NCBI GenBank assembly: GCA_045652385.1 | Contig: JAZRUD010000056.1 | Location: 1 to 32,786 of the forward strand | Source: Clostridia bacterium | Lineage (GTDB): Bacteria; Bacillota; Clostridia; Christensenellales; CAG-138 | Reading direction: 5' to 3' | Length of the DNA stretch: 32,786 nucleotides | Shown here: positions 30,882 to 32,786 of the stretch, piece after piece | How positions within the stretch are numbered: the first letter of the stretch is position 1 | Layout: every line of letters begins with the position of its first letter | Notes under the pieces: model-generated | Seen by the model: only the letters and a program-made list of their open reading frames with translations | Told to the model about the DNA's origin: nothing | Databases searched by the model: none | Made by a program: the position numbers and the translations under genes

Positions 30882-31118
30882 ATGGAGAAATCAAAACGAG
30901 GAGGACGAAAAGCCTTCCAGCGGATGATTAAGGATGTGCCAAATCTACTCCCAGAGGTTCGACTCCTCTGCCCGGTTTTCAAAAATAATCATCATTACGA
31001 AATGGAGGGGGTCACGGGGGAAACAGCAGACAAAGCCAACAGCGCGTGCGAGGAGCTGCGGGTCTGCTGGTGCCACCGTGTGGATAGCCGCCGGAGGCAG
31101 AAGGAGGGGTCGGGATGA
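30882..31118 (+). CDS. Questionable ORF upstream of rep (may be non-coding origin or leader sequence)
   Basis: 78 aa with a poor RBS, although its stop overlaps the rep ATG (ATGA). It contains a tRNA T-arm-like hairpin. Confidence 0.35.
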   Translation: MEKSKRGGRKAFQRMIKDVPNLLPEVRLLCPVFKNNHHYEMEGVTGETADKANSACEELRVCWCHRVDSRRRQKEGSG

Positions 31119-31990
31119 GCTGGGAATACGCTGACCTGTTTGATGTCCGGATCGGAGAACCAGAGCAGCTGACATTATGGACAGCAGCGGCTCCGACGGT
31201 GACGGTCGGCAGGATGGGGTACAGGACGCGGACGATAAAAGCCGGTCCGAGGTTAGAAATTGATATCTACCCGATCTGGGGGAGAGAGGACGCAGGCCGC
31301 GCGAGGAGAGCGAAAAAGCAGAACGCGACACCGGAGAGGATACAGCGAGCAAACGAAGAACGAAACAGACATCTGCTGGTTTTACTTGCGGATGCAAACT
31401 TCACAGCAGAGGATCAGCACGTGACGCTGACATATTCCGGTTCTGATCCGAGCTACGACAATACGCTGAAGTTCGTAAGGAACTTCCTGAGCCGGGTCAA
31501 GAGAGCAAGATCACGGAAGGGGCTTCCGCCGCTGAAATACATCTACAGTGTGGAGGACAATGAAGACGGGAAGCCGGTAAAGCGTCACGTGCATATGCTG
31601 ATGAGCGGAGGACTGACAAGAGAGGAGATCGAGGCGCTATGGGGGAAGGGCTTTGCAAACGTGGACAGGCTCCAGCCGACGGAGCGAGGGCTTGAGGCGA
31701 TCGCGATGTATATTACAAAACAACAGCGGAACAGACATCGGTGGTGTGCATCGAAGAATCTGAAGAGACCAGGGGATCCGGGGTTTAAGGTTAGGGTCAG
31801 CAATACAAAGGTTAGCAACAGCCGAGTGAAACGGATCGCGGCATCGGTAGAGAACAACGCGAAAGAGGTGCTGCAGAAACTGTATCCGGATTATCAATTT
31901 GTAGACTGCAGGGCATACGGGAGCGACATACTGCCAGGTGTGTACATAAAGGCACTGATGCGGAAACACGAGAGGAGGCGGATCACGTGA
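31115..31990 (+). CDS. HUH-superfamily rolling-circle replication initiator-like protein
   Basis: 291 aa with RBS aaggagggg. Three ordered motifs are present with typical spacing: HVTLTY (motif 1), RHVHMLM (HUH motif 2) and AIAMYITKQ (catalytic Tyr motif 3). Confidence 0.72.
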   Translation: MSWEYADLFDVRIGEPEQLTLWTAAAPTVTVGRMGYRTRTIKAGPRLEIDIYPIWGREDAGRARRAKKQNATPERIQRANEERNRHLLVLLADANFTAEDQHVTLTYSGSDPSYDNTLKFVRNFLSRVKRARSRKGLPPLKYIYSVEDNEDGKPVKRHVHMLMSGGLTREEIEALWGKGFANVDRLQPTERGLEAIAMYITKQQRNRHRWCASKNLKRPGDPGFKVRVSNTKVSNSRVKRIAASVENNAKEVLQKLYPDYQFVDCRAYGSDILPGVYIKALMRKHERRRIT

Positions 31991-32385
31991 GACAGATCGA
32001 GGTCATTCAGGATTATCGCTGGTTGCTGATGGAGGCCATGAGCATCAAACATCAGGCTGACGCGGTGGCAATCATAGGACGTCCGGCAGGAGTGGGAGGG
32101 CAGGCGCTGAGTATGGCTCCGGGGGCGACTAACGACAGGACAGCAGCTGCGATCCAGGCGTTTGACGGTTACATGCAGCAGCTCGAGCAAAGACGGGAGG
32201 AGCTGATGCAGATCTGTGCTCAGTTCGAGAAGATCGTGGAATCAATACAAGACCCAAGGGACAGGTGCATCATCAGGTTGTACTACGGAGCGGGAAAGAC
32301 AGAGGAGCAGGTTGCTGAGGTCATGCACATGGATCAGAGCACTGTCAACAGATATCGGGCTCGAATTTTGAGTTATTTTGCATAA
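31987..32385 (+). CDS. Late transcriptional activator (ArpU / RinA / sigma region-4-like)
   Basis: 132 aa with a GTG start after gaggagg. The C-terminal HTH is RLYYGAGKTEEQVAEVMHMDQSTVNRYRARIL. It lies just before HNH and the terminase genes. Confidence 0.62.
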   Translation: MRQIEVIQDYRWLLMEAMSIKHQADAVAIIGRPAGVGGQALSMAPGATNDRTAAAIQAFDGYMQQLEQRREELMQICAQFEKIVESIQDPRDRCIIRLYYGAGKTEEQVAEVMHMDQSTVNRYRARILSYFA

Positions 32386-32427
32386 AATAACCTTGAAAGC
32401 ATAAAAGATTCGTGAAATTATGGCAAT

Positions 32428-32748
32428 ATGGAAAACAAGGACAGAGATCAGGCGGTAGAGCCATTCTACGTATCGTGGAGATGGCGGAGGTGCCGTAGTG
32501 CCTATGCGAATTCAAAGGGGAATCTTTGCGAACGATGTCTGGCAAGAGGAATCATTGAGCCGGGAAGTAAGGAGAGACCGCTTGAAGTGCATCACAAGAT
32601 ACCATTGACAGTTGAAAACGTGAACGATCCGGAGATTAGCCTGAACTGGAACAATCTGGAATTGCTCTGTAAAACATGTCATGAACAAGAACGCAAGAGA
32701 AAGCCGCAAAGATGGACCATAGGCCCGGGCGGGAGAGTGACGATATAG
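32428..32748 (+). CDS. HNH endonuclease (terminase-associated)
   Basis: 106 aa with CERC ... EVHHKIPL ... NLELLCKTCH. It lies next to terS across the window junction. Confidence 0.85.
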   Translation: MENKDRDQAVEPFYVSWRWRRCRSAYANSKGNLCERCLARGIIEPGSKERPLEVHHKIPLTVENVNDPEISLNWNNLELLCKTCHEQERKRKPQRWTIGPGGRVTI

Positions 32749-32786
32749 CCCCCCTGGAAGAAGTCGATCGTCGAACGGGCCGCAGG

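Larger units (their letters stand above)
1..32786. mobile_element. Near-complete temperate siphovirus-type phage genome, with the window ends lying between the HNH endonuclease and the small terminase
   Basis: The gene order is uninterrupted: packaging, head, neck, tail, fibre, lysis, lysogeny, early genes and late regulator. No obvious host genes are present at either end. Confidence 0.85.

Noticed and set aside
30890-30976. A possible tRNA gene, suggested by the GGTTCGACTCC T-loop string.
   Set aside because: No complementary 5' acceptor strand (accgggc), D-arm or anticodon stem-loop can be built upstream. I kept it only as a hairpin observation.

Overview
The window reads as one essentially complete genome of a temperate siphovirus-type phage with a long non-contractile tail. 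The host is Gram-positive and probably clostridial, judged from GGAGG-type ribosome-binding sites (RBS), an NlpC/P60+SH3b endolysin and the absence of spanins. The window opens and closes between an HNH endonuclease (right end) and the small terminase (left end), which is where a cos site is expected.

Gene order on the + strand:
- terS, terL, HK97-type portal, prohead protease, major capsid
- a small acidic-tailed protein, then two GT-A glycosyltransferase-like genes
- connector and neck genes, major tail, and a G/GT chaperone pair with an A_AAA_AAA -1 slippery site
- a 1071-aa tape measure, Dit, and a 1618-aa Tal/receptor-binding giant
- four small fibre-region genes ending in a collagen-like fibre
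- a self-contained tyrosine recombinase cassette
- the lysis cassette (TM zinc-ribbon protein, endolysin, two holin-like proteins)

A minus-strand lysogeny operon follows: XRE repressor, secreted protein, Cys-rich peptide, membrane protein and large serine recombinase. Beyond it are a divergent switch region, about 20 small early ORFs, an HUH rolling-circle Rep-like protein, an ArpU/sigma-like late regulator and the HNH endonuclease. I found no rRNA, complete tRNA or CRISPR array.

Observations I rate as most worth follow-up:
1. The glycosyltransferase pair sits inside the head-gene block. It is flanked by tandem duplications that extend acidic Pro/Thr-rich C-terminal tails, and the capsid and tail-tube proteins both end in Thr-Thr. 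This suggests a virion glycosylation module.
2. A second recombinase (tyrosine type) has its own promoter, terminator and adjacent palindromes. It sits at an abrupt compositional break that appears to truncate the collagen-like fibre gene.
3. The serine integrase is translationally chained to the repressor through three small exported or Cys-rich proteins.
4. An HUH Rep is the only recognisable replication function.

All functional calls come from motif recognition by eye and from gene order. No database search was run.
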